From the NCBI GenBank assembly GCA_944388895.1, contig CALXKR010000003.1, forward strand, positions 1 to 33,561: a DNA stretch of 33,561 bases. The letters are read 5' to 3'. How positions within the stretch are numbered: position 1 is the stretch's first letter; every line of letters starts with the position of its first letter. Source of the stretch: an uncultured Clostridia bacterium (GTDB taxonomy: Bacteria > Bacillota > Clostridia > TANB77 > CAG-508). The notes beneath the pieces are model-generated. The model was not told the DNA's origin. It made no database searches and worked only from the letters and a program-made list of their open reading frames with translations. Position numbers and translations under genes: made by a program. Below are positions 10,031 to 20,038 of this stretch, in pieces.

Positions 10031-11221
10031 TTATCCTAGTTGAACTTTACCATATACTCCGCCACCACCAGCGTGAATATGCATATTTCCATTTCTTGAG
10101 TTATCTATAATTTGTGCTTGTTTATTTCCAACTACTGCTTCAATATCGTCTTTTGTAGCTTTGTGTAAAATAGTCATTTCTGTTCCGAAATTTTCTAATA
10201 ATTTTTCAATTGTTTTTCCACCAACACCAGGCATAAATTGTAATGGTATTTGATAATTATATTTTGGTCTAAAATTTGGACTAGTAGAATTTTGATCTTT
10301 AATTACTTCTATTCTGTCATAAACTCCCATAGTTATGTTGTTTCCTCCACATTTGTTGCAAGTAAAAGCAGGAGGCTCTGTTTCTATAGAAGAATTGCAA
10401 TCTTCACAAAAGCTTCTATTATATTTTCCTAGTTTTGGATCTAGTCCATAATTAGCTAATATTTTTCTTCCATCTTCCATCTTAATAGCTTTTATAATTT
10501 CTGAAAAGCTAATATTTTCTACAAGAAGTTTATTATATTCTCTAGCAATTTTAGGTAAAGAATGCGCATCTGAATTTGTTATAAAACTTTTATTAGAAAG
10601 TTCGCTAATTTCATCAGCAATTTCAGTATCTGCACTTAATCCTAATTCTACTGCAAAAACTTCTTTGTATTTATCCTTAAAAATTCTTTGTAATCTTTCT
10701 GTACAATTTCCATAATAGCTTTTATATGGTGTAAATATATGTGCTGGAATCAATACCCCATTGTATTTTTGAACTATTGATAAAAGCTCATATCCAGATA
10801 AATCAGATTTTTGACTACTTAAAGTTATATTGTGTATGTGATGAGACATTTCTTTTGAAAATCCTTTAATGTCTTTTAAAGTTGGAAAATAGCATAAATT
10901 ATGAGCGCATCCCCTTTTTCCATCTTCTCTAATTTCTGTTGTCTCTATTTCACTACCCAAAATTATACATATTTTATCTTTATATATAATTCCTCCATCT
11001 TCTATTTCATATGCCTCTCCACTTTTTAAGAAGTTTTCTATATCTTCAATAACATATGGTGATGCACAATCTATAATTCCTACAACATCTATTCCTTTTC
11101 TGTCAAAACATTCTTTAGCAATATTAGCAAAATTCAAAGATTTTGCTGCTGTTATTTTTATTGGTTTTCCATTTTCACTTCTTCCAATGTGTACATGTAA
11201 ATCTGCAAATATTTCGTACAT
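10031..11221 (-). CDS. Endonuclease Q / YqxK (TIGR00375-like) PHP-domain protein
   Basis: ADLHVHIG, IPAHIFTP, ELGLSAD, NSDAHSLPKIARE, LGKY..S.CEDC...CNKC zinc finger, GGGGVYGK. Confidence 0.88.
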   Translation of the reverse strand: MYEIFADLHVHIGRSENGKPIKITAAKSLNFANIAKECFDRKGIDVVGIIDCASPYVIEDIENFLKSGEAYEIEDGGIIYKDKICIILGSEIETTEIREDGKRGCAHNLCYFPTLKDIKGFSKEMSHHIHNITLSSQKSDLSGYELLSIVQKYNGVLIPAHIFTPYKSYYGNCTERLQRIFKDKYKEVFAVELGLSADTEIADEISELSNKSFITNSDAHSLPKIAREYNKLLVENISFSEIIKAIKMEDGRKILANYGLDPKLGKYNRSFCEDCNSSIETEPPAFTCNKCGGNNITMGVYDRIEVIKDQNSTSPNFRPKYNYQIPLQFMPGVGGKTIEKLLENFGTEMTILHKATKDDIEAVVGNKQAQIIDNSRNGNMHIHAGGGGVYGKVQLG

Positions 11222-11251
11222 AAATTATTCCTTTCTACCTTTTTTATCAAG

Positions 11252-11282
11252 AAAAATAGGCATGCATAGTGCATAGCCCATT
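11252..11282 (-). terminator. Probable terminator after HD-like gene
   Basis: GGC-ATGCA-TAG-TGCAT-A-GCC imperfect hairpin with a U-tract on the minus strand. Confidence 0.45.
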
Positions 11283-11286
11283 TCCT

Positions 11287-12114
11287 CTAATTAGAGTTTA
11301 TGTTATACTGATCGTCCTTAATATATATAGTTTCACTTTGATTTGTTACATTTCCTATTGTTTCTCTGCCTTGTACAGATTTTTTTATTTCACTTAGCAT
11401 ATCATCAGTTAGATCTTTTACTACTTGTTCATCTTTATTTTTTTCTTTACTACTATAATTTAGAATTGCATTAGCTGTTCTTTCATATATGTTAGTAGAA
11501 GAATTTATAGCAATTCTTGTATCTACTCCATCATATTGCTTAGCTTCCCATGTAAGAATTTCAATTTGCTCTATATAGTTAACAAATTCAACAAACTTAT
11601 TAAGAAATTGATTGTTTTTTCCTTTTAAATTTCTAAATTGTAACAAAACTAATGCTTCGTCAGGTTTAAACCCTATTCTTTCTGGTCTATCTAAAAGCAT
11701 TCCTCCAAACTGATCAGCTAATTCAAGTATATCACTTTCTAAGCTTCTATTTTGGCTTTTTGTGTATCTATTTACGCCTTCACATATATTAGCAAAGTTT
11801 TCTGTAAATCCTAATTTTTTTAAATATTCTGCTCCATTTTTAGCATAATTCTTAATATCTTCTAAATCTGTGGAATTTTCTTTTTTCATGCAGTCGCAAA
11901 GAAGTCTAGCTGTTAATATGACATTTTCATCTAACACTATTTCTGGATATTTTTCTCTTAAATAATCTAAAAATTGTTTTGTTATTAAAGTTTTAAAAAT
12001 TACAGTATTATCATAAAAAATTCCTGTTTTTTTCTTTAAATAATATACAATTTCTAGTTTTTTTATCCAATCTCTTTCGTTTAGGATATATTCTGCAAAT
12101 GTTCCACCTTCCAT
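11287..12114 (-). CDS. Degenerate HD/HD-GYP-like domain protein
   Basis: ILTARLLCDCMK (cf. LLHDIGK), YAKNGAEYL..LGF, SDILELADQFGGM...RPER. ATG 12114 behind GAGGAGG. Confidence 0.5.
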   Translation of the reverse strand: MEGGTFAEYILNERDWIKKLEIVYYLKKKTGIFYDNTVIFKTLITKQFLDYLREKYPEIVLDENVILTARLLCDCMKKENSTDLEDIKNYAKNGAEYLKKLGFTENFANICEGVNRYTKSQNRSLESDILELADQFGGMLLDRPERIGFKPDEALVLLQFRNLKGKNNQFLNKFVEFVNYIEQIEILTWEAKQYDGVDTRIAINSSTNIYERTANAILNYSSKEKNKDEQVVKDLTDDMLSEIKKSVQGRETIGNVTNQSETIYIKDDQYNINSN

Positions 12115-12200
12115 TTTGCTTTCCTCCTCTTTAGTAGAATTATATTTCAATATTATATATTTTTCAATCAGTGTAATGAAAAATTAATATTTTTGAAATA

Positions 12201-13424
12201 TTATTGTAATATAAGACCTTTTGTGTAATCTAAATTTGCTACTGAGTTTCTTTTATAACCTAATGTATATATGTTAGTAGCTTTTTTATCTATTTCGAGC
12301 ATTCTTGCTATCTTTTTATTTTTATTTGTTTTTTCAAACTTTTTTAGTGAAGTTATAATTTTCGCTTTATTGTTAATTTGAGACAATAATATTTTTCCAT
12401 TTTCTGAACAGCCTAGTATTCTAACATATGGTACTATTTTTTTAGAATATTCCATATCTTTTTTAGTTATTCCTAATAAAGCATATAATAATATTCTTTG
12501 TATTCTTGTTTGAGTATATCTTTTTGATTTAATACCATTAATTAAATCAATCAAATTATTAGTTTTATTAGACACATCTTTTATTAAATTTTCTAGACCT
12601 TCTGATACATCTGGCAAATTTGCAATTTCTTGTATACTCATAGTTCTTAGTTTGTATAATATTTCTGCACCATATGCAGTAAGGTCAAGTACATAAGTTC
12701 CTTCTCTTATATTATTTAATAAAATGCTTAAGGTTGTTGATGGAACAACTTTTCTTATTTCTTCAAGTTGATTTCTTAAAAGCAAACTTCTTATTCCTGT
12801 AGCACTAGCATATTCGTCAATTATTTTTGTACTATTGTAATAAACCTTTTCCCTTTTTACTCCTATAGGAATTAGATTACTTCTTTGCTTTTTTAATGCT
12901 TTTAAATATTCTATTGCTAGTATATTATTTGAACCATTTAATATATTAGAATATCTTTTTATATCGTTTAAATACATCATAAGTGCTATTTCTCTAGCTT
13001 TAGGATATGAACTTCCTTTTTGAAGTTCTGCTTTTAATAAACTTGTATACTCTTGTGGTTCACTAAGTAAAACATTTGCTATATTGTTTAAGCTTGAAAT
13101 ATCGTCTGCTTCCATTCCAAAAGAAATACTGTCTACAATTCCTATTTTATTTAATATTTTAATAGCTCCACTAGAAAAATTTTCTGCACTGGATATACTA
13201 TAAATAGTTGGAAGTTCTATTACTAAATCTACTCCTCCATTTATTGCCATTTTGGCTTTTTCCCATTTATTTATTACTGAAGTATTTCCTCTTTGAGTAA
13301 AGTTACCTGTTATAACTGCTACTACAAAGTCTGCTCCTGTTTGTTCTTTTGTTTTTTGTATGTGATAAGCATGTCCATTGTGAAATGGATTATATTCTGC
13401 TATTATTCCTACAACTTTACTCAA
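12201..13424 (-). CDS. tmcAL: tRNA(Met) cytidine acetate ligase (HIGH-like nucleotidyltransferase, YlbM family)
   Basis: GIIAEYNPFHNGH, GNFTQRG, DLVIELP, NNILAIEY, ASATGIR, SKRYTQTRIQR. Confidence 0.9.
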   Translation of the reverse strand: MSKVVGIIAEYNPFHNGHAYHIQKTKEQTGADFVVAVITGNFTQRGNTSVINKWEKAKMAINGGVDLVIELPTIYSISSAENFSSGAIKILNKIGIVDSISFGMEADDISSLNNIANVLLSEPQEYTSLLKAELQKGSSYPKAREIALMMYLNDIKRYSNILNGSNNILAIEYLKALKKQRSNLIPIGVKREKVYYNSTKIIDEYASATGIRSLLLRNQLEEIRKVVPSTTLSILLNNIREGTYVLDLTAYGAEILYKLRTMSIQEIANLPDVSEGLENLIKDVSNKTNNLIDLINGIKSKRYTQTRIQRILLYALLGITKKDMEYSKKIVPYVRILGCSENGKILLSQINNKAKIITSLKKFEKTNKNKKIARMLEIDKKATNIYTLGYKRNSVANLDYTKGLILQ

Positions 13425-13510
13425 ATTGCACCTCCTCTATTGAACCTTTATCAATTTATTGATATAATATCACAAAATTAGTTTTTTATCAATGATTATG
13501 GAGGTTTTCT

Positions 13511-13945
13511 ATGGAAAAAATTACAATTTATACTGACGGAGCTTGCTCAGGAAATCCAGGCCCTGGTGGTTGGGGTTGTATATTAATGTATAATGGTAAT
13601 AAAAAAGAATTATCTGGTGGAAGTAAAGAAACAACAAATAATATTATGGAAATAACAGCTACAATAGAAGCTTTAAAAGCTTTAAAATTTCCATGTGAAG
13701 TTGATTTATATAGTGATAGTGCTTATGTAGTTAACTGTTTTAATCAAGGTTGGATTTATAATTGGATAAAAAAAGGTTGGAAAACTGCTGGTGGAGATTC
13801 TGTTAAAAATAGAGAATTATGGGAAGAATTATATAAACTCACTCAAATTCATACAGTAACTTTTCATAAAGTTAAAGGTCATGCTGATAATGAATTTAAT
13901 AACAGATGTGATGAACTTGCAAGGAATGCAATAAAGAATTTATAA
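13511..13945 (+). CDS. rnhA: Ribonuclease HI
   Basis: YTDGACSGNPGPGGW, TTNN.ME, SDS.YV, VKN.ELW, KVKGHA...N.RCDELA. Confidence 0.97.
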   Translation: MEKITIYTDGACSGNPGPGGWGCILMYNGNKKELSGGSKETTNNIMEITATIEALKALKFPCEVDLYSDSAYVVNCFNQGWIYNWIKKGWKTAGGDSVKNRELWEELYKLTQIHTVTFHKVKGHADNEFNNRCDELARNAIKNL

Positions 13946-13979
13946 AAAAATAAGTAGAATTTTATCTACTTATTTTTTT
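13944..13979. terminator. Bidirectional terminator between rnhA and tRNA-Thr
   Basis: AAAAAAATAAGTAGA-ATTTTA-TCTACTTATTTTTTT perfect inverted repeat. Confidence 0.75.
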
Positions 13980-13983
13980 GTTT

Positions 13984-14059
13984 TGGAGCCTACGACGGGG
14001 ATTGAACCCGTGACCTCAGCCTTACCAAGGCTGCACTCTACCAACTGAGCTACATAGGC
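13984..14059 (-). tRNA. tRNA-Thr (anticodon GGT)
   Basis: GCCTATG-TA-GCTCAGTTGGTAGAGT-G-CAGCC-TTGGTAA-GGCTG-AGGTC-ACGGG-TTCAATC-CCCGT-CGTAGGC-T-CCA, 76-nt cloverleaf. Confidence 0.96.
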
Positions 14060-14086
14060 ATATATAAGAGCATACATAAGTATGCT

Positions 14087-14734
14087 TTATTCATTATCAA
14101 TGTTTTTAATAGCCTTTTTCCTAATTCTTTGAATTGCATTATCTATAGATTTTACAGGAGAGTTTAAACTTTCAGCAATTTGAACATAACTTTGCCCATC
14201 TATAAATTTTGCTAAAACTTTTTTTTCAAAATCACTTAAAGATTCATCTATTGTTTTTTCAATCATTTTATAGTATTCATTTTTTGTTACTGTTTCAAGT
14301 GGATCTTCAATTGGATTTGCATCTAATACCTCAATAAGCTGTCCTTCTTCTTCTCCATCTTCATTCTCATAATTTGAGGTATTTAAAGATAAATATGAAT
14401 TAAGAGGCATATGTTTTTGTCTATTAGAGCCTTTTATTGCTGTAATAATTTGTCTTTCTATGCAAAGATTAGCAAATGTTTTAAAAGAGTTTTGTTTTTC
14501 TAAGTCAAAATCTCTAATAGCTTTAAATAGTCCTATTAAACCTTCTTGCTCAATATCTTCTTTTTCAGCACCATTTAAATAATATTTACTAATTTTCATA
14601 TTAACAATATCTTTATATTTATGAATTAAGTAGTTTAAAGCTAAATTATCTTTAGCTTTTACTTTTTTTATAATTTCTTCATCTGTCATATCATCATAAA
14701 TATTTCTTGAAAAGAAAACATTGCTGTTTGTCAT
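14087..14734 (-). CDS. sigH: RNA polymerase sporulation sigma factor SigH
   Basis: GAEKEDIEQEGLIGLFKAIRDF, SFKTFANLCIERQIITAIK..NRQKHMPLNSYLSL, KSIDNAIQRIRKK. Confidence 0.96.
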   Translation of the reverse strand: MTNSNVFFSRNIYDDMTDEEIIKKVKAKDNLALNYLIHKYKDIVNMKISKYYLNGAEKEDIEQEGLIGLFKAIRDFDLEKQNSFKTFANLCIERQIITAIKGSNRQKHMPLNSYLSLNTSNYENEDGEEEGQLIEVLDANPIEDPLETVTKNEYYKMIEKTIDESLSDFEKKVLAKFIDGQSYVQIAESLNSPVKSIDNAIQRIRKKAIKNIDNE

Positions 14735-14768
14735 TTAAAAGTATACCTCCAACTGTATTTACTACTGT

Positions 14769-14797
14769 ATTATATTTATAAAAATCTTTAATGTCAA
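14769..14797 (-). promoter_or_regulatory. Consensus sigma-A promoter of sigH
   Basis: TTGACA (14792-14797), 17 bp, TATAAT (14769-14774) on the minus strand. Confidence 0.7.
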
Positions 14798-14866
14798 TAT
14801 GTTTTAGAATAATTATTGTTTTTTAATTTATTTTATGCTATTATTTACTAGAAAATGGAGGTTATT

Positions 14867-16573
14867 ATGGCTTTTGATGGCATGGTTTTAAAATCAGTTG
14901 TAAAAGAATTAAACATATTAAAAAATGGTAAAGTAAATAGAATATATGAACCATCTAATAACAATATAATTTTTAGTATTTATGCAGAAGGTTCAACTTA
15001 TGCTTTAGACATAGATGTAAGTGCAAATAATTACAGAATAAATCTAACAACACATGAAAAAAGCAATCCTTATGTTGCTCCTAATTTTTGTATGCTACTT
15101 AGAAAATATTTAATTGGAGCTAGAATAAACAAAATATATACTAACGGATTAGAAAGAATTGTTTTTATCGAATTTGAATGTTTTAATGAAATGAATGATA
15201 AAATCACTAGAACGCTTGTAATTGAATTAATGGGTAAATATAGTAACATTATATTGTTAAATCATGAAAATGTTATTTTAGATGCTTTAAAGCGATTTGA
15301 TACTAATGTTATAAATGCAGATGAAAGAAATATAATGCCAATGAGAAAATATATACTACCTTCTTCTAACAAAAAGGATATTGAAACTTTATCTAAAGAA
15401 AATTTTATGGTTATATGTAAATCTCAAAATATTCATACACTAGATTTACTACTTTCAAGTACCTTTACTGGTATAAGTAAACTATTTATTCAAAGTGCAT
15501 TAGATTTTTTAAAAATATCTAATACTGTATCTGATAAAAATTTAGAAGAGTTGTACGATTATATTTTTAATATATTAAGTTCTAATAATGTAGTATGTAA
15601 AAAATATAAAAATAATTATTCAATTTTTATAGATAATAACGAAAAAGAATCTTTTCAAATTAATTTTTTCTTAGATGATTTTTATTACGAAAAAATGCAA
15701 GAAGATCTTTTTAAAAATTATAGAAATAATTTACTTAAAGTTATAAATAACACTTTAGATAAAATTACTAAAAAATTAGATAATATAAATAATAAAATAG
15801 AAGCTTGCAAAGATATGAATAAATATAAAATTTATGGTGAACTTCTAATTGCAAATATTTATAGAATAAACACATTGAATATTTCGGATAATTTTGTAGA
15901 ACTAGAAAATTACTATGATAATAACAATATTGTTTCTGTTCCTGTCAATACTGATATTTCTACTTCTCAAAATGCTGAAAAATATTTCAGAAAATATAAT
16001 AAATTAAAAAACACTTTAGAAGTAGTAAATATTCAAAAAAAAGATGCTGAAAAAGAACTAAATTATTTAGGAAGCTTAATTTATGAATTAGATAATGCTA
16101 CTGATATTGATGCTATTAATGAAATATATAATGAAATTTCTGAAAATATTCTTTTTAATGATAATATTAAGCAAAACAAAAATTCAAATAAAAATATCAA
16201 GTCTTCCCTTTCTAGCCAAGACAATTATATGCGTTTAAATTTGGATGGTTATACAGTTTTAGTTGGAAAAAATAATAGACAAAATGATTATTTAACAATG
16301 AAAATTGCAAATGATAATGATTACTGGTTTCACACTAAAGATATTCATGGTAGCCATGTTATTCTTAGATGTTCTGGTGATACTCCTAAAATGGAAACTA
16401 TTATAAAGTGTGCTAAATTAGCAGCATATTACAGTAAAGCTAAATTTTCTTCAAATGTACCTGTTGATTACACATTAAAAAAATATGTAAAAAAGCCAAA
16501 TGGATCTCAACCAGGATATGTAATTTATACGAATCAAAAAACGGTTAATGTTGAACCAAGTTCACTTATTTAG
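14867..16573 (+). CDS. rqcH: Ribosome quality control NFACT protein RqcH/FbpA
   Basis: MAFDG, FCMLLRKYL, ERIV, IELMGKYSNIIL, NAEKYFRKYNK, VGKNNRQNDYLT, WFHTKDIHGSHV, VPVDYT. ATG 14867 behind GGAGG. Confidence 0.93.
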   Translation: MAFDGMVLKSVVKELNILKNGKVNRIYEPSNNNIIFSIYAEGSTYALDIDVSANNYRINLTTHEKSNPYVAPNFCMLLRKYLIGARINKIYTNGLERIVFIEFECFNEMNDKITRTLVIELMGKYSNIILLNHENVILDALKRFDTNVINADERNIMPMRKYILPSSNKKDIETLSKENFMVICKSQNIHTLDLLLSSTFTGISKLFIQSALDFLKISNTVSDKNLEELYDYIFNILSSNNVVCKKYKNNYSIFIDNNEKESFQINFFLDDFYYEKMQEDLFKNYRNNLLKVINNTLDKITKKLDNINNKIEACKDMNKYKIYGELLIANIYRINTLNISDNFVELENYYDNNNIVSVPVNTDISTSQNAEKYFRKYNKLKNTLEVVNIQKKDAEKELNYLGSLIYELDNATDIDAINEIYNEISENILFNDNIKQNKNSNKNIKSSLSSQDNYMRLNLDGYTVLVGKNNRQNDYLTMKIANDNDYWFHTKDIHGSHVILRCSGDTPKMETIIKCAKLAAYYSKAKFSSNVPVDYTLKKYVKKPNGSQPGYVIYTNQKTVNVEPSSLI

Positions 16574-16616
16574 TTATTGAATACATAATTTTATAAATAT
16601 TTCAGCTTTATATAAG

Positions 16617-16655
16617 AATAACCTTAATGATATAATATTTATCATTAAGGTTATT
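16617..16655. terminator. Bidirectional terminator between convergent rqcH and the DUF4116 gene
   Basis: 16-bp perfect inverted repeat AATAACCTTAATGATA / TATCATTAAGGTTATT. Confidence 0.7.
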
Positions 16656-16672
16656 TTCATTTTAATTTATAT

Positions 16673-17080
16673 CTATTCTTGTTCAGGTGGATGTATTAAT
16701 TTATTAAATTCTTCATCGTTTCTTAATTCTTCCGCCACATACATTTCTGCCCTTTTATCTTGCTTTATTGCTGCTAAAGCTATTTCTTTATCTCCTCTTA
16801 ACCTTTTACTTGCATATTTAAAAATTAAGCCTTTGTTAGTAACTGCTGTAAGTACAATTTCTTTATCATCTCTTAATTCTTCACTTGCATAATACAATAT
16901 TTGACCATCTTGTTTTACAGCCTCTAATATAAGTTCTTTATCTTCAAGCAATTTGTCTGAGCAATAAGCTAAAACCCACGTTGCCTTATCTTTTATAGCT
17001 TGCATCATAAATTCTTTATTGTCTGAATTTAACTCTGCATCTTCTATTCTATATTCTTTATCTTCTTGCTTTTCTTCCAT
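16673..17080 (-). CDS. DUF4116 repeat protein
   Basis: Repeats of DKE.vl.Av.q.g..l.YAS.eLr. Confidence 0.8.
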   Translation of the reverse strand: MEEKQEDKEYRIEDAELNSDNKEFMMQAIKDKATWVLAYCSDKLLEDKELILEAVKQDGQILYYASEELRDDKEIVLTAVTNKGLIFKYASKRLRGDKEIALAAIKQDKRAEMYVAEELRNDEEFNKLIHPPEQE

Positions 17081-17099
17081 AATGTCCTCCTATTTTTAG

Positions 17100-17351
17100 T
17101 TAGCTATTTTCTTGTTTATATTCTACTTCTTCCATAAACGGGAACATCTGTTTAATTGCTTTTAAAGTAATCATAGATTTTTCTTGTGCAGGATTCCTAC
17201 TCATTTGTTCAACTAGTTCTTGCATATAGCAGTTATCTCTAACTTTATAAATTACATATCTATTTCTAACATAATTAAATAATATTTTATATCCATCATC
17301 CAAATCTTTTGAAAATCTTTGAAATGTATATTTTCCATCCATTAGTAGCAT
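17100..17351 (-). CDS. Hypothetical protein
   Basis: 83-aa ORF with GAAAGGA RBS, co-oriented between ligA and the DUF4116 gene. Confidence 0.7.
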   Translation of the reverse strand: MLLMDGKYTFQRFSKDLDDGYKILFNYVRNRYVIYKVRDNCYMQELVEQMSRNPAQEKSMITLKAIKQMFPFMEEVEYKQENS

Positions 17352-17372
17352 TTTCCTTTCTTAATTTAGTTA

Positions 17373-19361
17373 TTATTTTATCATTTCTTCAAATTCTTGT
17401 TCAGATATTATTGTAACTCCTAATTTTTGAGCCTTATCGAGTTTACTTCCTGCATCTTCACCAGCTAGTACATAACTGGTTTTTTTAGAAACACTGCTAG
17501 ATGTCTTACCTCCAAATTTTTCTATTATTTCACTTGCTTGATCTCTAGAATATTTACTTAAAGCTCCAGTTAAAACAAATGTTTTTCCTTCAAATCTATT
17601 GTCTTCTGACATTTCTTGTAAATGATTGGTGTTAACACCTGCTTCTTTAAGTCTTTTTATTAAATCTAAAGTTTGTTCTTCTTTAAAAAAGTTATATATA
17701 CTGTCAGCAATAATTTCTCCAATGTCATCTTTCATGCTTAAAGATTCAGCAGTAGCATCCATAATATTCTCTAAGGTTCCATATTTTTTAGCAAGTACTT
17801 TTGCTAGTTTTTTTCCAACATGTCTAATGCCAAAGGCTGAAATTAAATTTTCTAAATCTCTATTTTTGCTTTCATTTATTGCATTTATAAGATTTTCTGC
17901 GAATTTTTTTCCATTCTTTTTTAATGAAGCAATATCATCTATTGTTAGTGAATATATATCTGCTATGTCTTTAATTAATTTTTTTTCTAATAATTGCTCA
18001 ACAATTTTATATCCCAAGCCATCAATATCCATTCCATCTTTTGAAGCAAAATGTACAATATTTCTTAGTGCCTTTGCACTACATTCTATTCCGGTACATC
18101 TAATCGCAGATTCTCCTGGTTCTCTTACTGCTGGTGCTCCACAAACGGGACAAATTTTAGGCATTTCAAAATCAATTTCGCTTCCATCTCTTTTTTCCTT
18201 TAATACATCAACAACTTCTGGTATAACGTCTCCTTGTTTTTGTATTACAACATGGTCTCCTATTTTTAGTCCTTTTTCTTTTATAAAATCTTCATTGTGA
18301 AGTGTTGTTTTTGAAATGGTTGATCCTGCAACTTTAACTGGTTCTAAGATAGCCATTGGAGTTATAACACCTGTTCTTCCTACTTGGCAAGTTATATCTT
18401 TTAAAATGGTTTCTTTCTTTTCAGGTGGATATTTATATGCAATAGCCCATTTAGGTACTTTGAAAGTTGAACCCAATTCCTGTCTGAATTTTAAATTATC
18501 TACTTTTATAACTGCACCATCAATTCCAAAAGTTAGTTCTTCTCTTTTGTCTCCAATTTCATTAATAGCATCAATAGCTTCTTTTATATTATGACAAAGT
18601 TTTCTAAATGGAACTACATTAAATCCTAGGCTCTCTAAATAATTTAATTCTTCCCAATGTGAATTAAATTCTTTTCCTTCTATTTTTTGAACATTAAAAA
18701 TATAAATATCTAATGGTCTTTTAGCTGTTATTTTTGCATTTAATTGTCTAAGTGATCCTGCTGCTGCATTTCTTGCATTTGCAAAAAGTGGTTCACCTAA
18801 AATTTCTCTTTCTTCATTAAGGGCTTCAAATTCTTTTTTACCAATAAAAACTTCTCCTCTAACAGTTATATCTATTGGTTCTTTTAATTTGTGTGGGATA
18901 CTTTTTATTGTTTTAGCATTTGCAGTAATTTCTTCGCCAACTTGTCCATCACCTCTAGTTGCTGCTTCTACTAAAATTCCTTTTTCATATTTTATTGCAC
19001 ATGACAAACCATCAATTTTAGTTTCAACGCAATAATTAAATTCTTCTCCATATTCTTTTGCCTTTTCATTTATTTTTTTGTCAAAATCATAAAGTTCTTC
19101 AAAAGAAAATATGTCTTGAAGACTTTGCAAAGGTACTTCGTGTGTAACCTTTGTAAAGTCCTCTCTTACATGACCTCCAACTTTTTGAGTTGGAGAATCT
19201 TTTGTTATATATTCCGGATTATTTTTTTCTAACTCCTTTAATTCGTTCATAAGCATATCATACTCATAATCTGATATTTCTGGCTTATCTTCATCATAAT
19301 ATTTTTTTGAATGATAATTTATAATTTTACGTAATTCTTCAATTCTTTCTTTTGCTTCCAT
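17373..19361 (-). CDS. ligA: NAD-dependent DNA ligase
   Basis: KIDG adenylation motif, ATRGDG, NARNAAAGSLRQ, WAIAYKYP, CPVC zinc finger, BRCT domain. ATG 19361 behind AGAAAGG. Confidence 0.98.
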   Translation of the reverse strand: MEAKERIEELRKIINYHSKKYYDEDKPEISDYEYDMLMNELKELEKNNPEYITKDSPTQKVGGHVREDFTKVTHEVPLQSLQDIFSFEELYDFDKKINEKAKEYGEEFNYCVETKIDGLSCAIKYEKGILVEAATRGDGQVGEEITANAKTIKSIPHKLKEPIDITVRGEVFIGKKEFEALNEEREILGEPLFANARNAAAGSLRQLNAKITAKRPLDIYIFNVQKIEGKEFNSHWEELNYLESLGFNVVPFRKLCHNIKEAIDAINEIGDKREELTFGIDGAVIKVDNLKFRQELGSTFKVPKWAIAYKYPPEKKETILKDITCQVGRTGVITPMAILEPVKVAGSTISKTTLHNEDFIKEKGLKIGDHVVIQKQGDVIPEVVDVLKEKRDGSEIDFEMPKICPVCGAPAVREPGESAIRCTGIECSAKALRNIVHFASKDGMDIDGLGYKIVEQLLEKKLIKDIADIYSLTIDDIASLKKNGKKFAENLINAINESKNRDLENLISAFGIRHVGKKLAKVLAKKYGTLENIMDATAESLSMKDDIGEIIADSIYNFFKEEQTLDLIKRLKEAGVNTNHLQEMSEDNRFEGKTFVLTGALSKYSRDQASEIIEKFGGKTSSSVSKKTSYVLAGEDAGSKLDKAQKLGVTIISEQEFEEMIK

Positions 19362-19417
19362 AACAATAAAATTCCTTTCTGGACTTACTCGCAAGTTATA
19401 TATTTTTTAATACTAAA

Positions 19418-20017
19418 TTATTTAGTATCTTTTAATAAATCTTTTCCACCTTTTAAATACTCATATCCCGAAAATATAGTTGCAATAACACATACTATCA
19501 TAAGTATAGTTACTATTAAGTTTAAAATAAATGGTATAACATCCATTTGTTTAACAAATATATCTCCAAATGAGTTAACATCAATAAAGGCTAAAATTAT
19601 AGCAATCATTTGGGTTACTGTTTTTAGTTTACCCCAAATGTTAGCTGGTATTACTTTTCCGTTTTGCTCTACTGCAATTAATCTATATCCAGAAACTGCA
19701 AATTCTCTTGTTATTATAATTATTGGTATCCAGGCAGGAAGTTTACCTGCCTCTACCAATATAAGCATTGCTGATATTACTAAAATTTTATCTGCAATAG
19801 GATCTAAAAACTTACCAAAGTTTGTTATTTGATTATTTTTTCTTGCTAGATATCCGTCTAGTTTATCTGTTAATGCTCCTATTATAAATACTAAGTCCAT
19901 AATAATGAATGTAAGAGGTATTCCATATACATCTACTGGAATATTAATAAAAGAAATTATCACAATTATAGGAACTAAAATCATTCTAAAAACTGTTAAT
20001 TTATTTGGTGTATTCAT
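19418..20017 (-). CDS. pgsA: CDP-diacylglycerol--glycerol-3-phosphate 3-phosphatidyltransferase
   Basis: PNKLTVFR, TDKLDGYLARK..IT.FGKFLDPIADK, RE..VSG.R, GKLKTVTQ. Confidence 0.95.
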   Translation of the reverse strand: MNTPNKLTVFRMILVPIIVIISFINIPVDVYGIPLTFIIMDLVFIIGALTDKLDGYLARKNNQITNFGKFLDPIADKILVISAMLILVEAGKLPAWIPIIIITREFAVSGYRLIAVEQNGKVIPANIWGKLKTVTQMIAIILAFIDVNSFGDIFVKQMDVIPFILNLIVTILMIVCVIATIFSGYEYLKGGKDLLKDTK

Positions 20018-20038
20018 TATAACTCTCCTTGTAATTTA

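Noticed and set aside
16673-17080. Internal repeats as a novel repeat system
   Set aside because: Protein-level DUF4116 repeats, a known family
17626-18594. 224-aa and 92-aa plus-strand ORFs
   Set aside because: Antisense shadows of ligA
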